From assembly GCA_026936335.1 (NCBI GenBank), contig JAPMXV010000010.1, positions 228,483 to 292,482 of the forward strand: 64,000 bases of DNA, given 5' to 3'. Below are positions 36,239 to 46,545 of the stretch, piece by piece. A program made the position numbers and the translations under genes. The stretch is from Mantamonas sphyraenae STR306 (Eukaryota; Protista; CRuMs). Under the pieces are notes generated by a model. It made no database searches and was not told the DNA's origin. It was given only the letters and a program-made list of their open reading frames with translations. The first letter of the stretch is position 1; every line of letters begins with the position of its first letter.

Positions 36239-38513
36239 TTACAGGTGACACACATCGACCAGGTTCTTGCCTTGGCCAATGACACCGACCTTGGTGACAA
36301 TGGCAAGGGTGGCGAGCCACAGGGCGGCGACGGCGTAGGACGGGGTGTCCTCGGGCAGCACAAGCACAGTGACGGCAGCCAGCATCATAAAGACCATCAC
36401 AAAGATGGTCAGGACGTTCATGGCCGGGCTGAGGGCACCGTAGCGTCGGGCAGTCGCAAACGGGTGCTGCTCGGGAGCACTCTTGGGCTGATGTTCACCG
36501 GAAAGCAGACGGAAGCTGTCTTGACGCTCACCATCGTACAGGTTGTTGTACACATAGCGCATGACGGAGTTGCGGCCATCCTGCAGGGCGCCGCCGATGC
36601 TTCGCTTTCCCGTGCGCGTGAAATCGGTCTTGAGGGCCGGGGTGCCGCTGTACTGGATGCTGCAGGCATCGGCGTTGTCGGCCCACACATTGCGAAAGAC
36701 CGATTCGAATGCGGCGTCCCACTTGTACAGGCCGGTCATTTTCTTGAGCTGCTCGACGAGCATCATGCGATCAAACACGCTCTGGACGACGTTGGTGCGG
36801 TCGAGGCAGTCCATGCAGTTTGTGCGCACGACGTGTGTCTGGCGCTGCATCACGTCACCGTCGCGTGTGCCCAGCCAGAAGCCGCCGGCCTTGACGTCGT
36901 CGGCAATCTTGGGCCACAGGTCCTTCTCGATGTTCTCGTACTTCATCTTGCGGCACATGTGGTGAAAGTCCCAGTGGACGTAGTCGACCTTGGCTTGGCC
37001 GTTGCCCTTGTCCTGGTAAGCCTGGTGGACGGCAGCAAAGGCGTCGCTGAGGGCCTGTTGGTCTCCCTTGGCGTCGACGAGGTTGACCATGGCCACGTCG
37101 CCGTAGCGTGTGGTCTGCTCCTCAATGTGTTTGTAGAAGGCCTTTGCGTGGTGCTCGATGTTATCTGCGTCCTGGATGGCCACCTTGGGCGTGTACCTCA
37201 TGGTGACTTGTTGGGTCCAGTAGACCGGGATGGAGCCGCGGCTCTGCACAAACGAGGACATTTGGTTGTCTGCAACGAGGATCTGCTCGGTCTCCACCTG
37301 GTTGGCCACGTTGCCCTGCTCGTCGATGCCGCGCTGGTTGAAGCGAACCCCGACGCGAAAGCGCGAGCGACGCGAGAGCAGCGAGAACTGCACGTCGTGG
37401 TCTTCAAGCTTGGTGTTCTCGATGCGTGCGACTGTCAAGGTCAAGGGGTGCATGGGGTGCATGGGGTGCATGGGGAGAGTATGGAGAGAGTGGGGAGAGT
37501 GGGGAGATGTTAGCCGAAGCGTGCAGGTGTGTTTGGGAGAGGGAACGGGAGCACAGGCACTCACAGCCATGCATCACAGGCAGGATCCAAGAGGAGGCGC
37601 CGGCCTTGGCGAGCGACTGGACGTGGATGTAGTTCCAGAAGAAGCGCGGGTCTGCGTCCTCCCACAGGGCCTTGTTGCTCCCCAAGGTGGTCGCAGTTGG
37701 TCTGGAGGTTGTTTGTGAGGTCGTAGTTGTAGCTAAAGTAGAGGAAGGGAGCAAGATCAGCGAGGCTTGTTTCAAGCATGTTGCGATAGATGGCTTCCTC
37801 CTGGCGGGACTGGTCCGAGAGGGAGTCGGGCAGCTCTGTGTAGTAGACGGCGGTGCTGGTCACTTTCCACACGTCCTGCTCAGCCAGGCTCCCTACGTTT
37901 TCGCGCCCCGTAATGAGCACCAAGGCGGGGCCTGGGCAATGTGGATGGGCGAGAAAGTGCAATGTACAACCGATGGGGTGTTGCGGGCAGTTCCGGTGTC
38001 AGCATGGCTTTGGTTGCGACGTAGGGTGGGACGAACGCGCGGAGTGAAAAAGGGATCGAATTGGAATTGCGCACCTGCGTTGAACTCGGCGAGGCCGTAC
38101 ACGCCGTGAACAGCAATGCCTCCAGCGGTGTCCTTGGCAGGGTTGGTGTCTAACGGTGCGGCCAGCGACGTCGGATGGGCCGGGGGCATCGTGTCGTGGC
38201 GAGACGAGCAAAGGCAAGGGAACGGGAGGAGTGGAGTGTGAGCAGCGTGTGACGTCGATGATTGTGTGGGCCATTTGGCAGAGGGGCTGGGTTGCAGGCA
38301 CTGTGGCTGGGTTGGGGAGGTTTGGTGGAAACGGGGGGAGGGAGGGCAGTGGACAGTGGGCAGGAGGGCGGTGGACATACTGCTGGTGGTGATCGCATAG
38401 GGGGCCTTGCGCTGGATGCAAAGGAAGGTCTGGGAGTCGGCCTTGGCAGCGTCGGTGGCCTCGAGGACAAAGCTCTCGGGGCTCTGGTAGAACTTGAGCT
38501 GTTCAAAGGGCAT
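36239..38513 (-). CDS. SAC1: SAC1 phosphoinositide phosphatase
   Basis: RGIDEQGNVANQVETEQ, RGSIPVYW, catalytic RTNCMDCLDRTN, QYSGTPALKTDFTRTGKR and two C-terminal TM segments; multi-exon. Confidence 0.93.
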
Positions 38514-38574
38514 GTGGGAAAGGGGGAGTCGGGGTTTGTGGATGGTGCGCGAGCGCGAGCAGGAAGGGAAGCAG

Positions 38575-40319
38575 ATGGCGCAGTCGGGCCAAAAGCCCTT
38601 GTGGGGCAAGCATCAACACGAGTACGACACGGAGGAACTGACGAGTGAAGACGACGACTCCACGGACGAAGAAGAGGCGGAGTATCATGCGCAGCCGTTT
38701 GCCACGTCGCAGATGGACTCGAGTGACGAGGAGGAAGCAAATCGCCCGCCACCGCCAATCATGTCGTACGACAGCACACATCAGCCTGGAGCAGCGATGT
38801 GGAACACAAGGGAGGAAGCAAGACAGGAGGAGGTGGAGGAGGAGGAAGACGAAGACGAAGAAGAAGAGGAGGAGGTGAAGGTGGTGCAGGAACAGAGGCC
38901 GAAAAAGCCAGTGGTGCCGCCGCTGCCTCTGATGGCGGAGACGTTGGGCCAAGGCGCCGGCCCGCAGGACGCAGGGACACACGCAGATGAAGTGGAGGCG
39001 GAAGGACAGGTGAGCACACGGAATGCACAGGCGGTAGCCATGCTGGCAGCTTCACAGGCAGCAGAAGTGACGCAGCAGCGGAAGGAGAAGGAGAAAGCAG
39101 AGACAAAGGACGGCGGTGACAACGACACGGCGGGAGCCGGCGGAGGCGACGAGAGCGAAGAGGAGGCGTCAGACTCGTCGCTGGAGGAGGACGCGGACGT
39201 GTTGCGAGCAAAGTACCCTGATAATCCATACTACAATGAGCGTGCACTGTACAAGACGCTGAAGCAGTCGCCGGTGGTGGCCAAGTACTACTTTGACGGG
39301 GAGGAGAACGAAGGAGAGCAGGGGGGCAGCAGCAGCAGCAGCAACAGCATTCACGGAAGCGGTGGGAACAGCAGTGGCAGGCGGAGAAACGGACGACAGC
39401 GCGGGGCCACAGGGAATCCGACCATGCTTGCGCAGATGCGAAAGAACAACAGCGCGAGCCGGCTGACGCTGGGCAGCAGCAGCTTAAACTTGGGAAGGAG
39501 TGGCTCAGCGAGCTCAACGAGCTCAAAACGATCGGCGTTGAACCGGACAGATAGTACGATCAGTTTGATGGGCGGTGCAGACGAGATTGACGCCAAGCTG
39601 ATTCCACAGACGACGAACGAGGTGAAAAGCGAAAAGGTAAAGGAGGTGACGCTGATGGACAACCAGTTTCGCATCACGGTGATCGAGGCACGAGGCCTGG
39701 TGGCCGCTGACTCGAACGGATTGAGTGACCCGTATGTGAAAGTGAGCTACGGCCGCAGCAAGGGCAAAGGCGGACGGAAGGAAACGACAGACGTGATCTA
39801 CAAGACGTTGGACCCGATTTGGGACGAGGCATTTCTTTTGTAAGTGGAGGGAAGGAGACGCCGGGTGAGGGGAGAAGCGAGAGTGCAAAGATGGAGTTCC
39901 CCGTGCAACTCACACAAAGTTTGTACAGTACATACGATGGGACAGACGAGATCATGCTGGAAGTTTGGGATCACGACCATGTGAGCGCAGACGATTTCCT
40001 GGGGCGTGCGGTGATCCGGTTGTCGGACTGTGCGGGCCCGGCGGCACCCGAGATTCTGGACACGTGGGAGAGTTTGAAGAAGCGTGTGGAGAAGAAGAAG
40101 AAGGAGCACGTAAAAGGAGAGATCCGGTTTGCAATCGAGGCGAAACGGGTCAGCCTCAAGGCTCAGGAGCTGACGCTGGAGCAAAAGCAGCTCCTGGAGC
40201 AGGAGATTGCGCTGCGGACGCGAAGGCAGCAGGTGACACCGCCGTACTGCTCGTTTGATCTAATTGTGATGGCAGTGTTTGCGGTGGTGGCATACATCTA
40301 CGGGACATCAGCTGGGTGA
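38575..40319 (+). CDS. C2-domain protein with acidic disordered N-terminus and C-terminal TM (paralog of 15744-17329)
   Basis: EARGLVAADSNGLSDPYV...VWDHDHVSADDFLG. Intron 39840-39928. Confidence 0.82.
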
Positions 40320-40375
40320 ATGTGGGGTGGGGGGACGTGTTTTGTTTCAATTTTCAGATTCAGCGATGTTGTCTC

Positions 40376-41936
40376 TCACAGGGCCACCACAATGCAAGTG
40401 ACGTTGTCAGTGGAGCCGCGCTCGATGCTTGCCTCGACCAAGGCCTGAGACAGCTGCTCGGTGTCCCATTGGTCGTCTTCGGGGAGGAGGTTGGAGAGGG
40501 TTTGGGCCATGTCAAGGTCGGTAAAGACATCCCATACGCCGTCGCAAGCAATGATGATGAGTTGGTCGTCTTCGGTGATGGTGTGTGTGCTGGTGTAGGG
40601 ATCGGGAGGCACAAAGGCCTTCATGGAATGGTCTCCGATGGCACGGCTGACGGCGAGGGAAGCGTTGACGCGATTCCGGATGACAATGCCGCCTGCAGCG
40701 ACGATGCGGTCGACCTCCTCGGGCAGGTTTGGCTTGTGATCGTAGGAAAGGCGTGTGGCGATGAGGGCCGGGGTGTTGCCTGTCTCCTCGGCCTCTTTGA
40801 GAGCGGCTGCAGCAGCGGCCTCTTCCTCTGCCTTTTGCTTGGCAGCCCTCTTGGCAGCCTTCTTGGCGGCCTTTTCGACGGCAGACTGCTTCCTGTTTTC
40901 TGCCTCTTCGCTCGTCTCGTCGTCGCTATCGCTGTCGCTGTCTTTGACGGGGGTCACCGGGGCCACGGTGTCCTTGCCCTCCACAGTCTGATCGGCCCCG
41001 TATTTTGAGCTGTGTTGGTAGGAGGTGAGATGAGTAAGCAAGGGGATTGGACAATGAGGGTTGGGTCACGGGTATGTGGAAGCAGAGGAAGGGGAAGGGG
41101 TGGGGCGCGGGAGGAGGCGTACATGAGAACGGCGCGGGCGTCGCCGCAGTTTGCGGTATAGATGCATCGCTGGTTGTCTTGGTTGTTGCGAATCATGCAG
41201 GTGACGACGGTGGTGCCTGCGTCCTTGACACCTGCGTCAAGGAGCTCGTCGTCGGTCTTTTTGTAGGCGAGGTGCCAGAACTGAGGCCAGTCGTCGACGG
41301 GACCTTGCTTGAGAGCTTCTTGGACGTTCTGTGCAGCAGGATGCGGCGTCCCCACGCGTGTGTGTAAGCGCATGAGCCGGGACGCAAGGAAGGAAGCGCG
41401 CATGGAGGAGAAGGGGGGAGCAGGGAGGGGAAAGGGGCCAACACAAAAGTAATTTGGGGTGCCAAACTCACGTTGCTGAGGGCGGTCTTGACAAAGGCGG
41501 AGGCCTCGTCGCCCCCATGGCCGTCGTAGACACCGAAAAAGGCGGTGGAGTCTTCATCATTGAAGGAATCGACGAGCACGTGGGCGTCCTGTGTGTGTGG
41601 CGACGGACAAAGGGAGCGGGGCGGAGAGAACGCGGACGGCGAGTCAGGAACGGGCTGGGTGTTGGGCGAGAGCGAATGAAGGGCGGGAGAAGAGGCAGGG
41701 AGCGGGTTGCAACGGGTGTAGGGAGGACAGGGCAGCGGGAAAGTAGGGGATTGGAAGCAGAGAAGATGGCAGGACGGAAGGAAGGGAAGCGGGTGACGTT
41801 TCTGCAGAGGGAAAACGGTAGCAGGCGTAGGGCGTACCTCCATGGAAAAGCGGAAGCGGAGGTTGGGTTCCTCATACACGTGCGCAGACTTTACGGCGGA
41901 GCCGTCTTTGAAACCCTCTGCTGCACGTTCGGACAT
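40376..41936 (-). CDS. Protein phosphatase 2C (PPM family, PTC1-like)
   Basis: MED, FFGVYDGHGG, ANCGDARAVL, LAVSRAIGD, IACDGVWD and GSTDNVT; multi-exon. Confidence 0.92.
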
Positions 41937-42006
41937 GGACGGGGGCTGCGGTTGGGTTGGTTTTGACAGGGCGCGGGCCGAGGCAGCAGAAGAATCGATC
42001 GTAGAG

Positions 42007-42984
42007 ATGAGCACAAGCGACATCACTTGCGTGGAGATGGCGATGGCATCGCTGCAGGAGGCGCAGACAGAAAAGGGCCGTGAGGCTGTGCCGGTCGGGG
42101 AGATTGTTGCGCTTTCGGGTGGCGGCAGCGACGGTGAGTTTTCGCGCGTGCATGGAGGAGGACCGAGCAAGGAGAGGTGCAAGCGATGCGATAGAGTAGA
42201 TGAGGGAGATGTGTGACGTGTGGGGGGGTGGGGTGCAATGAGGAGGGCAGGAGGAAGACGGGGACGAGGACTGGGTGTGTGAGCGGGGAGCGGCTGACAC
42301 GTAGGGGCTTGGCTGCGGGTGTTTGGGGACAGGGCCGGGTGTGATGGAGCGATCCATGTATGCAGCAATGGCGGGCCTTGCTGTGGGAGCAGTTGCAGGC
42401 GGGGCGTCGGCAGGCTGGAAGGTAGGAGGGAGGAGAGAAGGATGGCGGCGGGCGGGTGCATGGAGTGGCCAGCAGCTAACAGGAAGACGGCGGGGCTGGG
42501 ACACGCGGACTACACACAGAATGTGTCTGCTGTGCAGAACAACATGTCACTGCCTGCGTTTCTGAACGCAGGACGTGTGGTGGGCGCGGTAGGTTGCGGG
42601 CAGAGGGAGCGGCGAAAGAGGGGAAAGCGGGCGCGGGTGGGTCAGGGCTGGGCGGCTGACATTCAGACGGGATGTGTGGGACACGGAACGGGGCGTGGAC
42701 GACGAGCACAGAACGCGTTTATGTTTGCGGCCGTGGGAGTGGCGTTTGCAGGCACAGAGGCTGCGCTGGAGGGCGTGCGCGGAAAGAAGGATGTGTGGAA
42801 CACGGTGGCTGCTGGAGCGGCAGCCGGAGGTGTGGTGGGCGTGCGTGTGGGCAAGCTGTCGCAGGGAGTGGCCATTGCGTCTGCCTTTGCCCTGGCTGGC
42901 GCGTTTGTGGATGTGTTTGACTCGTCGCTGACGACGGAGCGAGAGCGCACGACCCTCGTGCCGTACAAGGAGGAGACAATGTAG
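42007..42984 (+). CDS. NDUFA11: Tim17/22/23-family membrane protein, most like complex I subunit NDUFA11/B14.7
   Basis: AGLAVGAVAGG..WKNV....LPAF, then FAAVGVAFAGTE....RGKKDVWN.VAAGAAAG; multi-exon. The family call is firm, the subfamily less so. Confidence 0.65.
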
Positions 42985-43097
42985 ATTGCAGTGAGCATGG
43001 ACAGCGAGGATGGGGAGAGAGAATGTGGGAAGAGGAATGCAACGTTTGCAGTTGCACGATTGGTGGCAGCGATGCCGGAGGCACTGCAAACCCCGCA

Positions 43098-44245
43098 ATG
43101 AGCTCACAGAACCAGTTTGCGCTGGAGCTCTTGGACAAGTGGACTGTGGCGGACGTAGTGTCGCCGCACGAGATTTACACGGTCGATTCGGATGCGAGTG
43201 TGGAGGAGGTGCTGGAGGTGAGTGTGGAAAGGGATGTGAGCGAGGGTGGGTGGGTGTCTGCGGGGGGAAGCCCACAACGTCTCGCAGGTTCCTTTTCTTG
43301 GAGGGGGAAAGGAGGCTGACACAGACGGGAAATGACAGGAGCTGAGCTCGCACAACATCCACAGCTGCCCTGTGTACGACAAGGAGTCGGGCACGTACGT
43401 GCGCATTGTGGACTACGTGGATTTGGTGGCTGTGGCGATGGGGTTTGAGAACGAGCTGATTGGCAAGAGCCCCAAGGATGTGTTTGTGCGTTGCTGAGCG
43501 ACGGGAAGGGGCATGCGGGTGACCAAATGGTGGATTGCGGCTGTTGCTGACACGCTTGCGCGACATGTGAGGGTAGGAGCTTGTGCAAACCGGGGTCAAG
43601 CTGAGCGCAACCAAACTGTCGTCTGCACTGGCACAGAGCGAACGCCCGAACGCGTACGAGCCTGTGTTGGAAAGCACGACTTTGCGCAGCGTGGTGGAGA
43701 GCATGGCCGGGCGTATGCACCGTCTGCCGGTGGAGAACGAAGAGGGAGAACTTGTGTCGCTTGTTTCGCAGAGCGACATGCTGAAGTTGCTGGAGGACAA
43801 CCTGGCGTCATTTGGGGACATTGTGAACGAGGTGTTTATCCGTGCAGGCGTGCCCACGCAGGACATCCTGACGATCGACTCGTACAGCTCTGCGCTGGAG
43901 GCGTTTCAGATGCTGCACGAGCAGGGCGCTTCGTCGGTGGCTGTGGTGAGCGCAGAGGCAGACGACCACCTTCTGGGCACGCTGGTGTCGTCTGACTTGC
44001 GTGGTTTGACGCCGATGACGATGTCGCATCTGACACTGCCGATCATGTCGTTTCTGAAGGAGGCGCAGGAACGTGAGTCGTTCCGCAAGCCGGTGACGTG
44101 TTCGGTACACAGCACTGTGGCGGACATTGTGCACACAATGAGCGAGGAAAAGGTGCACCGTGTGTTTGTGTGCGATTCGGAGGGCAAGCCATACGCGCAG
44201 ATCTCGGTGACCAATCTGATGCTGTGGCTTCTCACGCTGGCATGA
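43098..44245 (+). CDS. Tandem CBS-domain protein (AMPK-gamma/SDS23-like)
   Basis: HNIHSCPVYD, MHRLPVEN..LVSQSD and KVHRVFVCD CBS motifs; two introns. Confidence 0.82.
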
Positions 44246-44276
44246 GTGGAGGACAGAACAAACAAAAAAGCGCATG

Positions 44277-46460
44277 TCACTCGTCCTTGTCCTGTTGGAC
44301 GGCCTGCACAGAATCGCCGACACGGAGGAGAGAGGCGCCAGAGGCAAAGGAGGCGTGCTGGCCAAAGAGGATGGCACCGTCGCTCTGGCGCCTGCGGAAG
44401 CTGGAGAGGGTCTTGAGAGGTTTGGGGTACATGGTTTCGCCGCGAGCCTGGTCGACACAGACCATCTTGCAGCGTGCACAGGGTCCCTGAAAGTCGAGGG
44501 TGGCGCCGTTTGCTGTGAGGAGCCCTTGCCACTCGTCCTCGTGGAACGGGGCAGCGTCGGGGCTGTCAATGACAATGTTGGGTCTGTAGTTGGCGACGGG
44601 GATGTCGAGGCCAACCTTTGCGGCGACGTCGTCGACACTTTGCTGGGAAAGGACGAGGAACTGGGATTGGTTGGCAAAGGAGGACTCATTTGCCTCCTGG
44701 TTGCGCACGAGAGCACATGGGTAGCCAAGAAACTTTGTGATCCAGCGGTCGGCGATGGAGGAGAGGACACTTGCTGAGCAGTCGCGTCCACAAACGCGTG
44801 TGGCGCGTTGCTGCTGCAGGTCGTTCGAGTTGTCGTCGAGAGGCAGGCTGAGGCGTGGCATGTCGGGGGCGGCGAGCCAGAGGAGTCCAGCATCGCGGTC
44901 GATGGTGGGTTTGATGAGAGCTAGCCTCGGGGCACGCTTCTGGTTGATGTACATGCCGGACGGGGTCACCACCATCCACATGCGGTCGTAGAGGAAGCCT
45001 CGGGTTCCGTCGACGGGCCACTCTTGCGGAGCAAAGGCACCGCAGGATTTGACAGGATAGACGTAGATGGCAGAGATGTGTGTGGAGGAGAGGGAGGAGG
45101 AGGAGGAGGAGGAGGAGGAGGGTTGCTCGGTTTGCTGTTGGATAAAGTAGTTGTCGAGGAAGGTGCAGAGGGCATCCACATCGCTTTCGCGGCTCATGTA
45201 GCCAAAAGAGGCGCGCACAGCGCCGATGGGCTGGCCATCGATGAGATCGACGCCATCCCAGCAGACATGGCCGGCTTCAAAGTTTGCGAGGACAGTGTCG
45301 TCGGACATGCCGAGGTGGCGCTGGCATGCACCTGGGTTGCAGAAGCAGCCGACGCGAAGGTGGATGTTGTTGAGGGAGGCCATGCGGTCGACGTGGTTGT
45401 AGCCGACATAGGAGCCGTCTGGGGCGAGGACGTTGAAGGCGAGGATGGGGCCTGCGTTGTCGGCGGGACTGTACATCTGGAGGAGCGGGGCCCCATTTGC
45501 ATGGGTCATGGCAGAGAGGCGCTTGTGGGCAAGGGAGGCCAGGGCACTGGTGTGCTTCTGGATGGCAGGCATGCCACCAAGGTTGCGGTCGAGCCAGTCG
45601 AGGCCGACTCGCACGGCGGCGATGCCGAGAAAGTCGACAGTGCCATCCTCCATGCGGGAGACAAAGTCTTTGCGGGGTTTGACGACCTGCTGACGAGCGA
45701 GGAGGGCTGCGACGGTGCCTCCGCCGTAAAAGGCCTTGCTGGAGAGGACGTTGCGAGCACGATCTTTGCGTACGAGGAGGGCGCCGACACCGGTGGGGTA
45801 GCCGAGGATTTTGTAGAAGGAGATGGTGACAAAGTCTGGGCGGACGTGTTGGAGGTCGAGGGATTGTGTGGCAACGAAACAGGCTGCGTCGAGGAGGAAG
45901 TAAGCGTGCGGGTGGGCGTCGTGGACGTCGGCCACGCAGTCGAGGTCAAAGAGGCGGCCATTGAAGTTTGACTCTGCGGGCATGACGACGAGGTGAGGGG
46001 ATTGTGGGTGTTGGACGAGGTGGCCCAGGGCCGGGACAAGGTCAGAGGGCTCGTCGACGCAGACGGACTGGCCAGCGGAAGCGCGGAGGCCTAGGACGGA
46101 GGTGTGTGTCTCCATGGTGTGGATGAGGGCACTGTCGTCGCCCCAGTCAAAGCTCTCTGCGACGAGCTTCATGGCGTGTGTTGCGCCTGCCGTGAAGACG
46201 ACGTCGTAGTGCTCGAGCGTGGTGCCGAAAAAGTCGAGGATGCGGACGCGTGTTTCCTCGACGATGTCTGTGCTGAGGGCGCTGCTTGGGTTCATGGAGT
46301 GTGGATTGCCCAAGAGGGAGGATTGGAGGAGGGACATGCACTCTGCGAGTTGGCTGGCGGCGTAGAGGGTGCTGCCGGTGTGGTCGAGATAGATGGAGGA
46401 GCCGAGCTGGGGAAACTCTTGCTCGACGTCGACGAGATCAGGGATGGAGGCTGAGGACAT
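44277..46460 (-). CDS. MOCOS: Molybdenum cofactor sulfurase (NifS-like + MOSC)
   Basis: YLDHTGSTLY, GNPHS, ISFYKILGYPTGVGAL, LRVGCFCNPGAC, YPVKSC and CARCKMVCVDQ. Confidence 0.95.
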   Translation of the reverse strand: MSSASIPDLVDVEQEFPQLGSSIYLDHTGSTLYAASQLAECMSLLQSSLLGNPHSMNPSSALSTDIVEETRVRILDFFGTTLEHYDVVFTAGATHAMKLVAESFDWGDDSALIHTMETHTSVLGLRASAGQSVCVDEPSDLVPALGHLVQHPQSPHLVVMPAESNFNGRLFDLDCVADVHDAHPHAYFLLDAACFVATQSLDLQHVRPDFVTISFYKILGYPTGVGALLVRKDRARNVLSSKAFYGGGTVAALLARQQVVKPRKDFVSRMEDGTVDFLGIAAVRVGLDWLDRNLGGMPAIQKHTSALASLAHKRLSAMTHANGAPLLQMYSPADNAGPILAFNVLAPDGSYVGYNHVDRMASLNNIHLRVGCFCNPGACQRHLGMSDDTVLANFEAGHVCWDGVDLIDGQPIGAVRASFGYMSRESDVDALCTFLDNYFIQQQTEQPSSSSSSSSSLSSTHISAIYVYPVKSCGAFAPQEWPVDGTRGFLYDRMWMVVTPSGMYINQKRAPRLALIKPTIDRDAGLLWLAAPDMPRLSLPLDDNSNDLQQQRATRVCGRDCSASVLSSIADRWITKFLGYPCALVRNQEANESSFANQSQFLVLSQQSVDDVAAKVGLDIPVANYRPNIVIDSPDAAPFHEDEWQGLLTANGATLDFQGPCARCKMVCVDQARGETMYPKPLKTLSSFRRRQSDGAILFGQHASFASGASLLRVGDSVQAVQQDKDE

Positions 46461-46545
46461 TCGGGCCGGGGTGCTCTGGATTTGAGTTGAGTTGTGCGGC
46501 GGGCCGGCGGAGCAGGCAAGGGAAAGCGAGCGCGTCAGGAGCGAG

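Noticed and set aside
37445-37510. Short tandem repeats (GGGGTGCAT)3 and GGAGAGT in SAC1
   Set aside because: Ordinary slippage within an intron.
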